Shown here: piece after piece, positions 19,469 to 34,692 of the stretch | How the letters are laid out: each line of letters begins with the position of its first letter | How positions within the stretch are numbered: the stretch's first letter is position 1 | NCBI GenBank assembly: GCA_965223545.1 | Contig: OZ245006.1 | Coordinates: 4,032,001-4,096,000 of the forward strand | Direction: 5' to 3' | DNA from: Planctomycetota bacterium | GTDB taxonomy: Bacteria; Planctomycetota; UBA1135; UBA2386 | DNA length: 64,000 nucleotides | Notes under the pieces: model-generated | Told to the model about the DNA's origin: nothing | What the model saw: the letters and a program-made list of their open reading frames with translations, nothing else | The model's database searches: none | Made by a program: the position numbers and the translations under genes

Positions 19469-19648
19469 GGATGCGGTGGAAGGGCGGGACGAAGGGCGGA
19501 GAAGAATACCGAAATCGCGGCGGGTGGGCGGGGGCGCCGGCCGCCGTTTTTTCGGTGGACGGGTTGTGCCGTCGCGTTCCCGCCCTGGAGCCGGCCCCGC
19601 ATGGGGCAGTCGGCGCGGCCGGAGCGACAACGAGCCCGTGGGAGATCC

Positions 19649-19679
19649 GCGTAAACCACTGATTCTTATTGGGTTACGC
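19649..19679. repeat. AT-rich imperfect inverted repeat
   Basis: GCGTAA-A-CCA-(CTGATTCTTAT)-TGG-G-TTACGC, intergenic. Confidence 0.5.
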
Positions 19680-19693
19680 TTGTGCCGCTGGCC

Positions 19694-21265
19694 TCATCGC
19701 CGGCGCCGAAACAAGAAGTAGTGGTGGCCGTCTCCACTCGAGACGCGCTCGACTTCTCGAAACTGCGGCGAGGCCGCCAGCCAGGCGAGCAGCTCGGCCT
19801 GCAGATCCGCGGTCGGCAGGTGGGCGACGCCAGCGGTGTCGGGCTCGGTTGCGATGATCAAGTCCGCTGTGCTCGCGCGGTCTCGATACGCGGCCGCGTT
19901 CGCGGCGAGGGGGCACGGCCACCAGGCGGTCTCCGGCTTGCCTTCGGCCAGACGCCACCAGCTGAACAGCAAGTGGTTCAGCGTCCCGATCGAGGTGAAG
20001 AACTCCCTCGCCCTCTCTCCCTGGCGCTGGCTTTCCACCGCGTCGAACAGCGCGCGCATGCCCGCGCGCAGAGCCGGGCCCGGGCGGTCGACGTCATCGC
20101 GCCACGGTGTTCGGAAGCCCGCGACCGCAATGACGGCGGCGAGGAGCACCACCGCGTGACCGCGGCGCGGTCGGAGATGGCCGGCGCCGATCTCGCGCAG
20201 AACACCGCGCATCATCGCCAGCAAGCCGAACAGGACCAGCACGTGGAACGTCCCGCCGAGGAACGGGTTCTTGATGTGGTTGAAGGTCGGCACGGCCCAC
20301 GCGACCACCAACACTGCGAGGAATGCCGCGATGTGGCGCAGCGCGGCCCAGCGGCGGCGCAGCGAGCACCACACCACCGTCGCCGACAGCAGGAGCGCGG
20401 CCGCGACCGCGTGCCCGCGCAGCATCAGGCGACCCGCATCGCCGAACACGTAGTAGTCCAGCCGCTTGCCCAGCGGGAGTGGGAGCTCACCGGTGGCCCG
20501 GCCGGCGCCCCAGGTGCCCATGCGGATGTAGTCCACCACCGCGCCGCCGTGCACGGCGTAGTAGGGCGCGGCGAAGGCGAGGGCGAGACCGCACAGCGCG
20601 CCGGCGCGCCACAGCGCCGGCCGCGGAGGATGCCGGCCGTGGTCGCGGAGAATGACCGCCGCGCACGCAACCAACAGCAGCAACAGAGTTAATGGGAAAA
20701 CCGAGGGTTTGGCCAGCAGCGCCGCGGCAAAGCAGGCGGCGGCGGCCGCGATCGAGCGCGCAGAGCGGGTGGCAAGGGGCCTGGACTGCACCGCGACGAC
20801 GCCGCAGGCGGTGAGCAGCGCGCAGCCGAAGTCGGGCCGGAGCACGTAGACCATCCACGCGACCCAGGGCGCGGTGACGGTGACCGCCAACGCCAGCAGG
20901 GCGGCCCACAGTGGCTGCGCGCGAAACAGCCAGGCCACCGCGGCGAGGAGGCCGAGCACCAAGACGCCCTGCGCTGCGTAGGGCGGCCACTCCGCGACTC
21001 CGAAGAACAAGAAGCCGAGCACGGTGAGCGCCGAGGTCAGCGGTGCGTGTGGCTGCAGCTCGACCGCCTGCGCCGCGACGCCGGCCCAACCCTCGTCCTG
21101 CAGGCACCGATACCGCGCGCCGTCGACCAGGTAGACGATGTCATCGAACGCCGGGGCGGCGGCGAGCCGGCCGCGGTCCAGCGAAGCGCCGACGACCCAC
21201 GCCGTGAACACCACCGAGAGCGCGGTGATCGCGCCGATGATCCACCAGCTCCGTCGCGTCAGCAT
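19694..21265 (-). CDS. Polytopic membrane protein, probable GT-C-type glycosyltransferase
   Basis: Many TM segments; FDDIVY after first TM, HAPL, RPD, LLAKPS as in ArnT/PMT-like enzymes; start uncertain (21265, 21307 or 21367). Confidence 0.6.
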   Translation of the reverse strand: MLTRRSWWIIGAITALSVVFTAWVVGASLDRGRLAAAPAFDDIVYLVDGARYRCLQDEGWAGVAAQAVELQPHAPLTSALTVLGFLFFGVAEWPPYAAQGVLVLGLLAAVAWLFRAQPLWAALLALAVTVTAPWVAWMVYVLRPDFGCALLTACGVVAVQSRPLATRSARSIAAAAACFAAALLAKPSVFPLTLLLLLVACAAVILRDHGRHPPRPALWRAGALCGLALAFAAPYYAVHGGAVVDYIRMGTWGAGRATGELPLPLGKRLDYYVFGDAGRLMLRGHAVAAALLLSATVVWCSLRRRWAALRHIAAFLAVLVVAWAVPTFNHIKNPFLGGTFHVLVLFGLLAMMRGVLREIGAGHLRPRRGHAVVLLAAVIAVAGFRTPWRDDVDRPGPALRAGMRALFDAVESQRQGERAREFFTSIGTLNHLLFSWWRLAEGKPETAWWPCPLAANAAAYRDRASTADLIIATEPDTAGVAHLPTADLQAELLAWLAASPQFREVERVSSGDGHHYFLFRRRR

Positions 21266-21728
21266 GTGGGTCGTCCACCCGCGACTCGACGATCGGCCGG
21301 GCGCCATTGTCGCGGACCCGGCGCCCCCGCGGATAGCCGTCGGCGTGTCAACCGTCACTGCGCGCACCTCCCGCGTTCCCCCGTCGCCTCAAACTAGATT
21401 CGGCGAAGGGAAAGTGATGGTCGGGATGGTGTACGGGATCGCATGCGAGCACAAGAGATGGACGAGTTCCAGCTCCCCGGTGCACGCGCACTCGCGCCCG
21501 ATGACCGCGCGCGCGGACTTTCTCACAAGAGTGAAATTGACCCTGCCAGGACGATCTTTTACGACGTCTGCCCGCCTGGCTGGACCCTCTCTCGGCGACC
21601 GCAAACTGCCCTCCTTGAATTCGCCAGCGTTCGACTCGCGGTCGCTCCGCAGCCTCGAGTCATCGCGGCGCCAGGGGTCCGGTCTCCTCGGTCGGCACCC
21701 CCGCCCGGGCTCACAGTGAGGACACGCG

Positions 21729-22375
21729 TTGACCGTCATCTTCCCAAAATGGACGAACCACCTCCCCACGATCGCCGCGGTGGGCGGCGTGTTGGGGTTC
21801 GGTCTGGTCGTCGTCGTCGTCACCTTCCTGTTCTCGCCGAACTACACCGACGTCGGCTACGCGCCGAAGCAGCCGGTCCCGTACAGCCACAAGCTGCACG
21901 CGGGCCTGCTGGGCTTCGACTGCCGCTACTGTCACCAGAACGTCGAGGACGGCCCGCACGCGAGTGTGCCCAGCACCGCGACGTGCATGAACTGTCACAC
22001 GCAAGTGAAGGCAGAGAGCGAACTTCTGGCTCCCGTGCGGGCGAGCGCCGCGTCCGGTGACCCGGTCGAGTGGGTCAAGGTGCACATGCTGCCCGACTAC
22101 GTCTACTTCGACCACTCGGTGCACGTGAACCTCGGCGGCGAGGCCGCGATCGGCTGCACCAGCTGCCATGGCCGGGTCGACCAGATGGAGGTCGTGCGGC
22201 AGGAGAAGCCGCTGAGCATGAGCTGGTGCTTGGAGTGCCACATGGCGCCCGAGCACCACCTGCGGCCGATCGGCGAGCTGACCAACATGGAGTACGCGCA
22301 CGATCCAGCAGTCGGCGAGCGGCTGAAGAAGGAACTCGACATCAACCCCCCGATCCACTGCTCGGCATGCCACCG

Positions 22376-22379
<4 letters not shown>
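21729..22379 (+). CDS. actA: Alternative complex III subunit ActA, pentaheme cytochrome c
   Basis: TTG start after GAGG; N-terminal TM; five CxxCH (CRYCH, CMNCH, CTSCH, CLECH, CSACH); PKQPVPYSHKLH. Confidence 0.93.
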
Positions 22380-25504
<3,125 letters not shown>

Positions 25505-25508
25505 AGCG

Positions 25509-26936
25509 ATGACCACCTCGATCACCGTTATCGACGAGCCCGAGAGCGCGGTACGGCGCGCTCCGATCGTCGAGGGCACCAACACCCTCGGCACGGTCAC
25601 CGAGACCATCGCCCGGGTCACCGAGTCCGCGACGCCGAAGGGGTGGTACCTCCTGTTCGGCATCTCGGTCGCGTGCTTCCTCAACCTGTTCGCCATGATC
25701 GGCTACCTGATCTGGGCGGGCGTCGGCGTGTGGGGCAACAACATCCCCGTCGCCTGGGGTTGGCCGATCGTCAACTTCGTTTTCTGGATCGGCATCGGTC
25801 ACGCCGGCACGCTGATCTCGGCGATCCTCTTCCTGTTCCGGCAGAAGTGGCGCACCGCGATCAACCGCTGGTCGGAGGCGATGACCATCTTTGCGGTGAT
25901 GGCGGCCGGCATCTTCCCCGCCATCCACGTCGGCCGCATCTGGGTCATCTACTGGGTGTTCCCGGTGCCCAACCAGATGGGCATGTGGCCCAACTTCAAG
26001 AGTCCGCTGCTGTGGGACGTGTTCGCGGTGAGCACGTACTTCACGGTGTCGGTGCTGTTCTGGTACGTGGGCCTGGTGCCCGACCTCGCTACCTACCGCG
26101 ACCGCTGCGTCAAGGCCGGCCGGATGGTGGCGGCGCGCATCTACGGCTTGTTTGCCCTGGGTTGGCACGGCAGCAACCGCCACTGGATCAACTACGAGAA
26201 GGCCTACCTGATCCTGGCCGCGCTGAGCACGCCGCTCGTGCTCTCGGTGCACAGCATCGTGTCCTTCGACTTCGCGGTGTCGATGCTGCCCGGCTGGCAC
26301 ACCACGATCTTCCCGCCCTACTTCGTCGCCGGCGCGATCTTCTCCGGCTTCGGCATGGTGTTGACGCTGCTGATCCCGGCGCGCAGCTGGCTCAAGCTGC
26401 AGGACCTGGTGACGCTGAACACGCTCGACAACATGGCGAAGATCATCCTGCTGACGGGCACGATGGTCGGCTACGCCTACGGGATGGAGTTCTTCATCGC
26501 GTGGTACAGCGGTGAGCCCTACGAGCAGTACGCGTTCATGAACCGTGCCTTCGGCCCCTACGCCTGGGCCTACTGGATCATGGTCTCGTGCAACGTGATC
26601 TCGCCGCAGCTGTTCTGGTTCCGCAAGCTGAGGCGGAGCCCGATGGCGCTGTTCATCATCTCGATCTTCGTCAACATCGGGATGTGGTTCGAGCGCTTCG
26701 TGATCGTGGTCACCTCGCTGCACCGCGACTTCTTGCCGGGTAGCTGGGCCTACTTCTCCCCGACGCTGATCGACATCCTGACGTTCGTCGGCAGCTTCGG
26801 CCTGTTCATGACCTTCTTCCTGCTGTTCTGCCGCTTCCTGCCGATCATCGCCATCAGCGAGATCAAGGGCACGATGGAGGTGGCGGATCCGCACCACGGC
26901 CACCACGGCAACGGCGCGAAGGAAGCCCACGGATGA
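25509..26936 (+). CDS. actC: Alternative complex III subunit ActC (NrfD/PsrC family)
   Basis: [54 protein letters not shown]. Confidence 0.95.
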   Translation: MTTSITVIDEPESAVRRAPIVEGTNTLGTVTETIARVTESATPKGWYLLFGISVACFLNLFAMIGYLIWAGVGVWGNNIPVAWGWPIVNFVFWIGIGHAGTLISAILFLFRQKWRTAINRWSEAMTIFAVMAAGIFPAIHVGRIWVIYWVFPVPNQMGMWPNFKSPLLWDVFAVSTYFTVSVLFWYVGLVPDLATYRDRCVKAGRMVAARIYGLFALGWHGSNRHWINYEKAYLILAALSTPLVLSVHSIVSFDFAVSMLPGWHTTIFPPYFVAGAIFSGFGMVLTLLIPARSWLKLQDLVTLNTLDNMAKIILLTGTMVGYAYGMEFFIAWYSGEPYEQYAFMNRAFGPYAWAYWIMVSCNVISPQLFWFRKLRRSPMALFIISIFVNIGMWFERFVIVVTSLHRDFLPGSWAYFSPTLIDILTFVGSFGLFMTFFLLFCRFLPIIAISEIKGTMEVADPHHGHHGNGAKEAHG

Positions 26937-27472
26937 GCGACACCAAGTACTACGGGGTGGTCGCCGAGTTCGACTCGGCGTCCGCGATCTACCACGCGGC
27001 GGAGAAGACCGTTGCGGAGGGGTATTCGAAGGTCGACAGCCACACGCCGTTCCCCGTGCACGGCATGGACGCGGTCCTGCGCCAGGGGCCCAGCCACCTG
27101 GGCTGGGTGTGCGCGGTGATGGGTGCGCTCGGCATCGGCGGCGCCCAGCTGATGATGTGGTGGATGAACGGCGTCGACTACCCGATCTGGGTGAGCGGCA
27201 AAGAGCCCTACGCCTGGCCGCCGACGATCCCGATCACCTTCGAGTGCATGGTGCTGCTGGCCGCGTTCGGCGCGGTGTTCGGCATGTTTGGCATGAACAA
27301 GCTGCCGCGGCTGCACCACCCGCTGTTCAACCACAGCACGATCCACCGCTGCTCCGACGACCGGTTCTTCCTGTCGATCGAAGCCGTGGACCCCAAGTTC
27401 GACGCACAGCGCACGAGGGAGTTCTTGCAGAGCATCGGTGGCGCACACGTCGAGCTGGTGGAGGAGGCGTGA
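26933..27472 (+). CDS. actD: Alternative complex III subunit ActD (DUF3341)
   Basis: [39 protein letters not shown]. Confidence 0.93.
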   Translation: MSDTKYYGVVAEFDSASAIYHAAEKTVAEGYSKVDSHTPFPVHGMDAVLRQGPSHLGWVCAVMGALGIGGAQLMMWWMNGVDYPIWVSGKEPYAWPPTIPITFECMVLLAAFGAVFGMFGMNKLPRLHHPLFNHSTIHRCSDDRFFLSIEAVDPKFDAQRTREFLQSIGGAHVELVEEA

Positions 27473-28197
27473 TGGTCTTGCGCAACGCGAGCCTGCTTCT
27501 CTCGGTCGTCGCCCTCGGCGCCTGCAGCGGTGGCATCTCCAAGCACCCGCCGATCCACCCCAACCTCGACATGGACTTCCAGCAGAAGCTGAAGGCACAG
27601 TCGGAGGCGTCGTTTGCCGGATGGACCGATGGTCGCGGCATGCGGCTGCCGGTCGACGGCACCGTGTCCCGCAAGGGTCACGTCGGCGATCCGGCGACCC
27701 TGCTCGCGCGCTACGACCGCGACGGGGACGGAGCGCTGAGTCCGACCGAGGCCGCGACGCTGGCCGTTGGCGGCCGCCGGTTCGCGGTCGGCGATCGCGA
27801 GGGCGATGGCTTGCTGGATGCCGGCGACCTGCAGCTGCTGGCGTCGCTCTACCACTACAAGGACGGCACCGACTTCGTCGTCGACAACGCCCTGCCCGCG
27901 ACCCAGGAGGTCCTCGAGCGCGGCCGCGAGCGGTTCAACATCCACTGCGCGGTGTGTCACGGGGAGAGCGGTGCCGGCGGCATCGTCGCCAGCCGCTGGC
28001 CGAACAAGATCCCGAGCCTGGTCAACGACGTCGACGGCCCGACGCGCGACCGGTTGGTCGCGCTCAAGCACGGCGAGATCGTCGACGTGATCAGCAACGG
28101 CCGCGCTCTGATGCCGGCCTATGGGTCGCAGGTCCACATCGAGGACCGCTGGGCGATCGCCCACTACGTGAAGGCCCTGCAGAAGCACTTCAACTGA
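27472..28197 (+). CDS. actE: Alternative complex III subunit ActE, monoheme cytochrome c lipoprotein with EF-hand-like insert
   Basis: Lipobox LGAC; DMDFQQKLKAQ, MRLPVDGTVSR, RGRERFNIHCAVCHG, MPAYG, DRWAIAHYV. Confidence 0.9.
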   Translation: MVLRNASLLLSVVALGACSGGISKHPPIHPNLDMDFQQKLKAQSEASFAGWTDGRGMRLPVDGTVSRKGHVGDPATLLARYDRDGDGALSPTEAATLAVGGRRFAVGDREGDGLLDAGDLQLLASLYHYKDGTDFVVDNALPATQEVLERGRERFNIHCAVCHGESGAGGIVASRWPNKIPSLVNDVDGPTRDRLVALKHGEIVDVISNGRALMPAYGSQVHIEDRWAIAHYVKALQKHFN

Positions 28198-28204
28198 GCC
28201 AGAG

Positions 28205-29435
<1,231 letters not shown>

Positions 29436-29437
<2 letters not shown>

Positions 29438-29468
29438 GTTTTCAGCCACCGAGTCTTTCAGCCACGAG
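29436..29468 (+). repeat. Short imperfect direct repeat
   Basis: GAGT-TTTCAGCCAC-C-GAGTC-TTTCAGCCAC-GAG between actF and next gene. Confidence 0.5.
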
Positions 29469-29474
29469 GCAACG

Positions 29475-29843
29475 ATGAGTACCGCAACGCACGAGCACAC
29501 CGCGCATGGCACCGGCACTCCTCCTGGCGCACCACCCGCGATCGATCCCGAGCGCGACATCGACGCCACCGCGACGATTCTTTGGCTGGTGATCGGGCTG
29601 GTGTTCGTGGTCGTCACGCTTTGGATCCTGAGTGCGGTCTTCGATGCGTCGCTGCGCGATGAGCAGTTCATCAAGATCGACAGCGTGCCGGCTACCGAGC
29701 TGAGCCAGTTCCGCGCCGCGGAGGCGCAGCTGCTCGCCAACCCGACGTCGGCCCCGGCCGCGGTCGGTGAGCGGCCGATGGCCGAATCCGCCGCGGCGCT
29801 GCGCGCGGCCACCGACGAGATCATTCGCGGCTACGTCCGCTGA
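29475..29843 (+). CDS. Single-TM protein in ACIII operon (possible ActG-like subunit)
   Basis: GAGG RBS; TM ILWLVIGLVFVVVTLWIL; position between actF and SCO. Confidence 0.7.
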   Translation: MSTATHEHTAHGTGTPPGAPPAIDPERDIDATATILWLVIGLVFVVVTLWILSAVFDASLRDEQFIKIDSVPATELSQFRAAEAQLLANPTSAPAAVGERPMAESAAALRAATDEIIRGYVR

Positions 29844-29878
29844 CGCCGACCTCCCCCACCGAACACTTCGCAAACCGC

Positions 29879-30775
29879 ATGCTGCCAGCGCAACGCACCC
29901 CACCGTCGAGACGCCGATCCCGCCGCGCCTGCGCGCGCCGCGGGCTGAGCGTATTGCCGGTCGCGGCGTCGACTCTGGTCGGGGCGACCCTGACCGGAGC
30001 TGCGTGGGCGCAGCACACGGCCGTCGACATGCCGACCCAGGATCTGGCCGTCGAGATCCTGGATCGCCGCGGCACCGAGGTGCCACGCGATCTCGGCTTC
30101 GTCGACGAGAGCGGCCGAAGCGTCGTTCTCGGCGACTACTTCGACGGGCGCCGGCCGGTGATCCTCAACCTCGGCTACTACGGCTGCCCGAGTCTTTGCG
30201 GTGACGTGATCAACGCGATGGTCGACACGCTGCAGGAGATCGGCCTCGAGATCGATGCCGACTACCAGGTGGTGTCGGTCAGCATCGACCCCAAGGAGAA
30301 GCCGCCGCTGGCGGCCGCCAAGAAGGCGTCCTACCTGGCCGTGCTCGATCGCCCGGGCGGGGAGCGCGGCTGGCACTTCCTCTGTGGCGGTGCCGAGGAA
30401 TCGGCGGCGCTGGCCGACGCGGTGGGCTTCCAGTACGAGTGGAACGAGTTCGACCACCGCTGGGACCACGGCGCCGGCTTGTTCGTGCTGTCTCCCACCG
30501 GCGTGCTGAGCCAGGTGTTGCAGGGCGTGCTCTACGAGCCGCGCGACCTGCGCCTGGCGCTGGTCGAAGCCTCCGACGGCGTCATCGGCACGGCGTGGGA
30601 CCGTATCCTGCTGTCTTGCTACTCGTACGATCCGTCCACCGGCTCGTACGACCTGATGGTCTGGACCGTGGTGCGCATCGGTGGTGCGCTGACCGTGGCC
30701 GGCATCGCGCTCATGCTGTTCTTCCTCTGGCGGCGGGAGCGGACGCGCTCGGCGCAGCCGTCCCTCGCCAGTTGA
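29879..30775 (+). CDS. SCO family copper chaperone
   Basis: YYGCPSLCG (CxxxC), VSIDP, WHFL, C-terminal LLSCYSYDP plus TM; start may be downstream. Confidence 0.88.
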   Translation: MLPAQRTPPSRRRSRRACARRGLSVLPVAASTLVGATLTGAAWAQHTAVDMPTQDLAVEILDRRGTEVPRDLGFVDESGRSVVLGDYFDGRRPVILNLGYYGCPSLCGDVINAMVDTLQEIGLEIDADYQVVSVSIDPKEKPPLAAAKKASYLAVLDRPGGERGWHFLCGGAEESAALADAVGFQYEWNEFDHRWDHGAGLFVLSPTGVLSQVLQGVLYEPRDLRLALVEASDGVIGTAWDRILLSCYSYDPSTGSYDLMVWTVVRIGGALTVAGIALMLFFLWRRERTRSAQPSLAS

Positions 30776-30796
30776 CCCTTCCTCTCTGAAGATCCC

Positions 30797-31774
30797 GTGT
30801 TCGCCATCCAAGATCCCCAGAGCTGGCTGCCCAAGGCGGCGTCGTCCTTCGCCGACCACATCGATCCGGTCTGGCGGCTGACGTTCTGGCTGTGCGTCTT
30901 CTTCTTCGTTCTGATCACCGGGATCCTGCTCTACTCCGTCCTCAAGTGGCGGCGGCGGACCCCCGAACAGCCGGCAGCGGCGGACACCACCCACAACACG
31001 ATGTTGGAGGTGGTTTGGACGCTGGTTCCGCTGGTCATCATGATGGTGCTGTTCGCCATGGGCTGGCGCGGCGTCAAGGACATGACCGTCGCCCCGACCG
31101 ATTGCCTTCAATACAAGGTGATCGCGGAGAAGTGGAACTGGACCATCCTGCACCCCGGCGCCACCGGCAGCTACGCCGAGCAGGTCGAGGGCTACGCCGA
31201 CCCGCTGCCGGTGATGTACGTGCCGGTCAACACCAACGTCAAGGTGCACTTGCAGAGCAAGGACGTGCTGCACTCGTTTTACGTGCCCGAGTTCCGCTGC
31301 AAGCGCGACGTGGTGCCGGGACGCATGCAGTTCGTCTGGTTCCGAGCGACCGAGCTCGGTGTCTATCAGATCAAGTGCGCCGAGTACTGCGGCGACCGGC
31401 ACTCCTACATGCGCGGTCTGGTCAAGGTCGTCACCCAAGAGGAGTACGACGAGAAGCCGTGGATGGTGATTCCGGACGACCCGATCGAGTACGGCAAGCT
31501 GATCTGGCAGGCGCTGCGCGCCTGCAAGCAGTGCCACACGATTGACGGCTCGGAGGCCATCGGGCCCACTTTCAAAGGGCTGTGGGGCAAGACCGAGACC
31601 CTGGTCGACGGCAGCACCGTGGTCGTCGACCGCGACTACGTCGCCAAGTCGATCCGCACGCCGCAGGCGGACATCGTCAAGGGGTTCGAGAACGCGGGGG
31701 CGATGACCGCCTACAACGACATCACGGAGGCCGAGATCGACGCGATCTGCGCCTTCCTGGAATCCATCAAGTGA
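30797..31774 (+). CDS. ctaC: Cytochrome c oxidase subunit II with fused cytochrome c (caa3 type)
   Basis: LEVVWT, DVLHSF, CuA motif [12 protein letters not shown], heme c CKQCH. Confidence 0.95.
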   Translation: MFAIQDPQSWLPKAASSFADHIDPVWRLTFWLCVFFFVLITGILLYSVLKWRRRTPEQPAAADTTHNTMLEVVWTLVPLVIMMVLFAMGWRGVKDMTVAPTDCLQYKVIAEKWNWTILHPGATGSYAEQVEGYADPLPVMYVPVNTNVKVHLQSKDVLHSFYVPEFRCKRDVVPGRMQFVWFRATELGVYQIKCAEYCGDRHSYMRGLVKVVTQEEYDEKPWMVIPDDPIEYGKLIWQALRACKQCHTIDGSEAIGPTFKGLWGKTETLVDGSTVVVDRDYVAKSIRTPQADIVKGFENAGAMTAYNDITEAEIDAICAFLESIK

Positions 31775-31793
31775 CGTTCAGCGAGCCACCGAG

Positions 31794-33445
<1,652 letters not shown>

Positions 33446-33449
<4 letters not shown>

Positions 33450-34144
33450 GTGGCCACGGCCACGCCCTGCCGACGACGCCGACGCCCGAGGGGTTCATCC
33501 CCCACAAGGTCGCGCATCACTTCAACACGCACGTCCAGGAGTACCAGTCGTGCAAGCTGGTGTTCTGGCTGTTTCTCGCGACCGAGATCATGCTCTTCGG
33601 GGGCCTGTTCGCGGCGTACTTCGTCTACCACAACCTGTATCCGGAGACCTTCCGGGTCGGTGGCCAACAGCTGGACTGGACGCTCGGCGCGCTCAACACG
33701 TCGATCCTGCTCTCCAGCTCGTGGACGATGGCGATGGGCGTGCGCGCCGCGCAGCTCAGCCAGAAGAAGGCGATGCTGACCTACCTGGGACTGACCGTGG
33801 CGGGAGCGGTGGGGTTCATGGTGGTCAAGTACTTCGAGTACTCGGGCAAGTTCTCACACGGCTTGTACCCCGGCCGCTACTTCCACCCGCACGGTGAGTA
33901 CGCCGCCTTGTTCGAGGGCGTGGAGTGGCCCAACCTGTTCTTCAGCCTCTACTTCACGATGACGGGCATCCACGGCCTGCACGTCGTGATCGGCGCCATC
34001 CTGATCGTTTGGGTCATGTGGCGCGGCGCCAAGGGCCACTACCACAGCGGCCACTACCTGCCCGTCGATCTGGTCGGGCTCTACTGGCACCTCGTCGACC
34101 TGATCTGGATCTTCCTGTTCCCCTTGCTCTACTTGGTGCCCTGA
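33446..34144 (+). CDS. ctaE: Cytochrome c oxidase subunit III
   Basis: [43 protein letters not shown]. Confidence 0.95.
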
Positions 34145-34533
34145 TGTCGCACGACGCTCACACGCATGCCGGTGATGACGCCGTGGGGTTTCATCCCCCG
34201 CACGTCGTGCCGGCGTTCCTCTTCGTCAAAGTGTTGTTCGCTCTGTTGATCTTGACGGTGGTCACGGTCGCGGTGACGCGCGTCGACTTCGGCTCGCTCA
34301 ACATGTTCGTGGCGATGAGCATTGCCGCCCTCAAGGCTTCCTTGGTGATGACCTTCTTCATGCACCTGAAGTGGGACACCGCCATCAACAACATCGCGAT
34401 CCTCAGCTCGTTCTTGTTCTTGGCGCTGCTGTTCATCTTCACGCTCGCCGATCTCAACACGCGCGATCAGGTCGACCCGATCCTCGTGCAGCCGACGCCG
34501 GTGGAGGCGCCCGGTCAGGGATTGGTGCACTGA
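34144..34533 (+). CDS. ctaF: Cytochrome c oxidase subunit IV
   Basis: LLILTVVTV, IAALKASLVMTFFMHLKWD. Confidence 0.9.
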   Translation: MSHDAHTHAGDDAVGFHPPHVVPAFLFVKVLFALLILTVVTVAVTRVDFGSLNMFVAMSIAALKASLVMTFFMHLKWDTAINNIAILSSFLFLALLFIFTLADLNTRDQVDPILVQPTPVEAPGQGLVH

Positions 34534-34577
34534 GCGCCGCAGCGGGTGCGGCACATGCCCCACCCGGTCGGAAACGA

Positions 34578-34606
34578 GGAACGGCGGGCGGTGACCCGCC
34601 GTTTCC
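34578..34606 (+). terminator. Hairpin, probable terminator of the act-cta operon
   Basis: AACGGCGGG-CGGTGA-CCCGCCGTT perfect 9-bp stem; weak U-tract. Confidence 0.55.
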
Positions 34607-34692
34607 CGTAGACGGAGGCAGCATTTAGACCCGCGAGGCCCCCCCTGGACGCCGCATATCTTCACGCCCGAGCCCCGAGCGCAGCCCGCGTC

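Noticed and set aside
21537..21565. Sigma70 promoter (TTGACC-N17-TACGAC) and Rex/FNR-like box upstream of actA
   Set aside because: The -10 lacks the conserved final T and the nearby TTGTGA half-site has no matching partner; too weak to call
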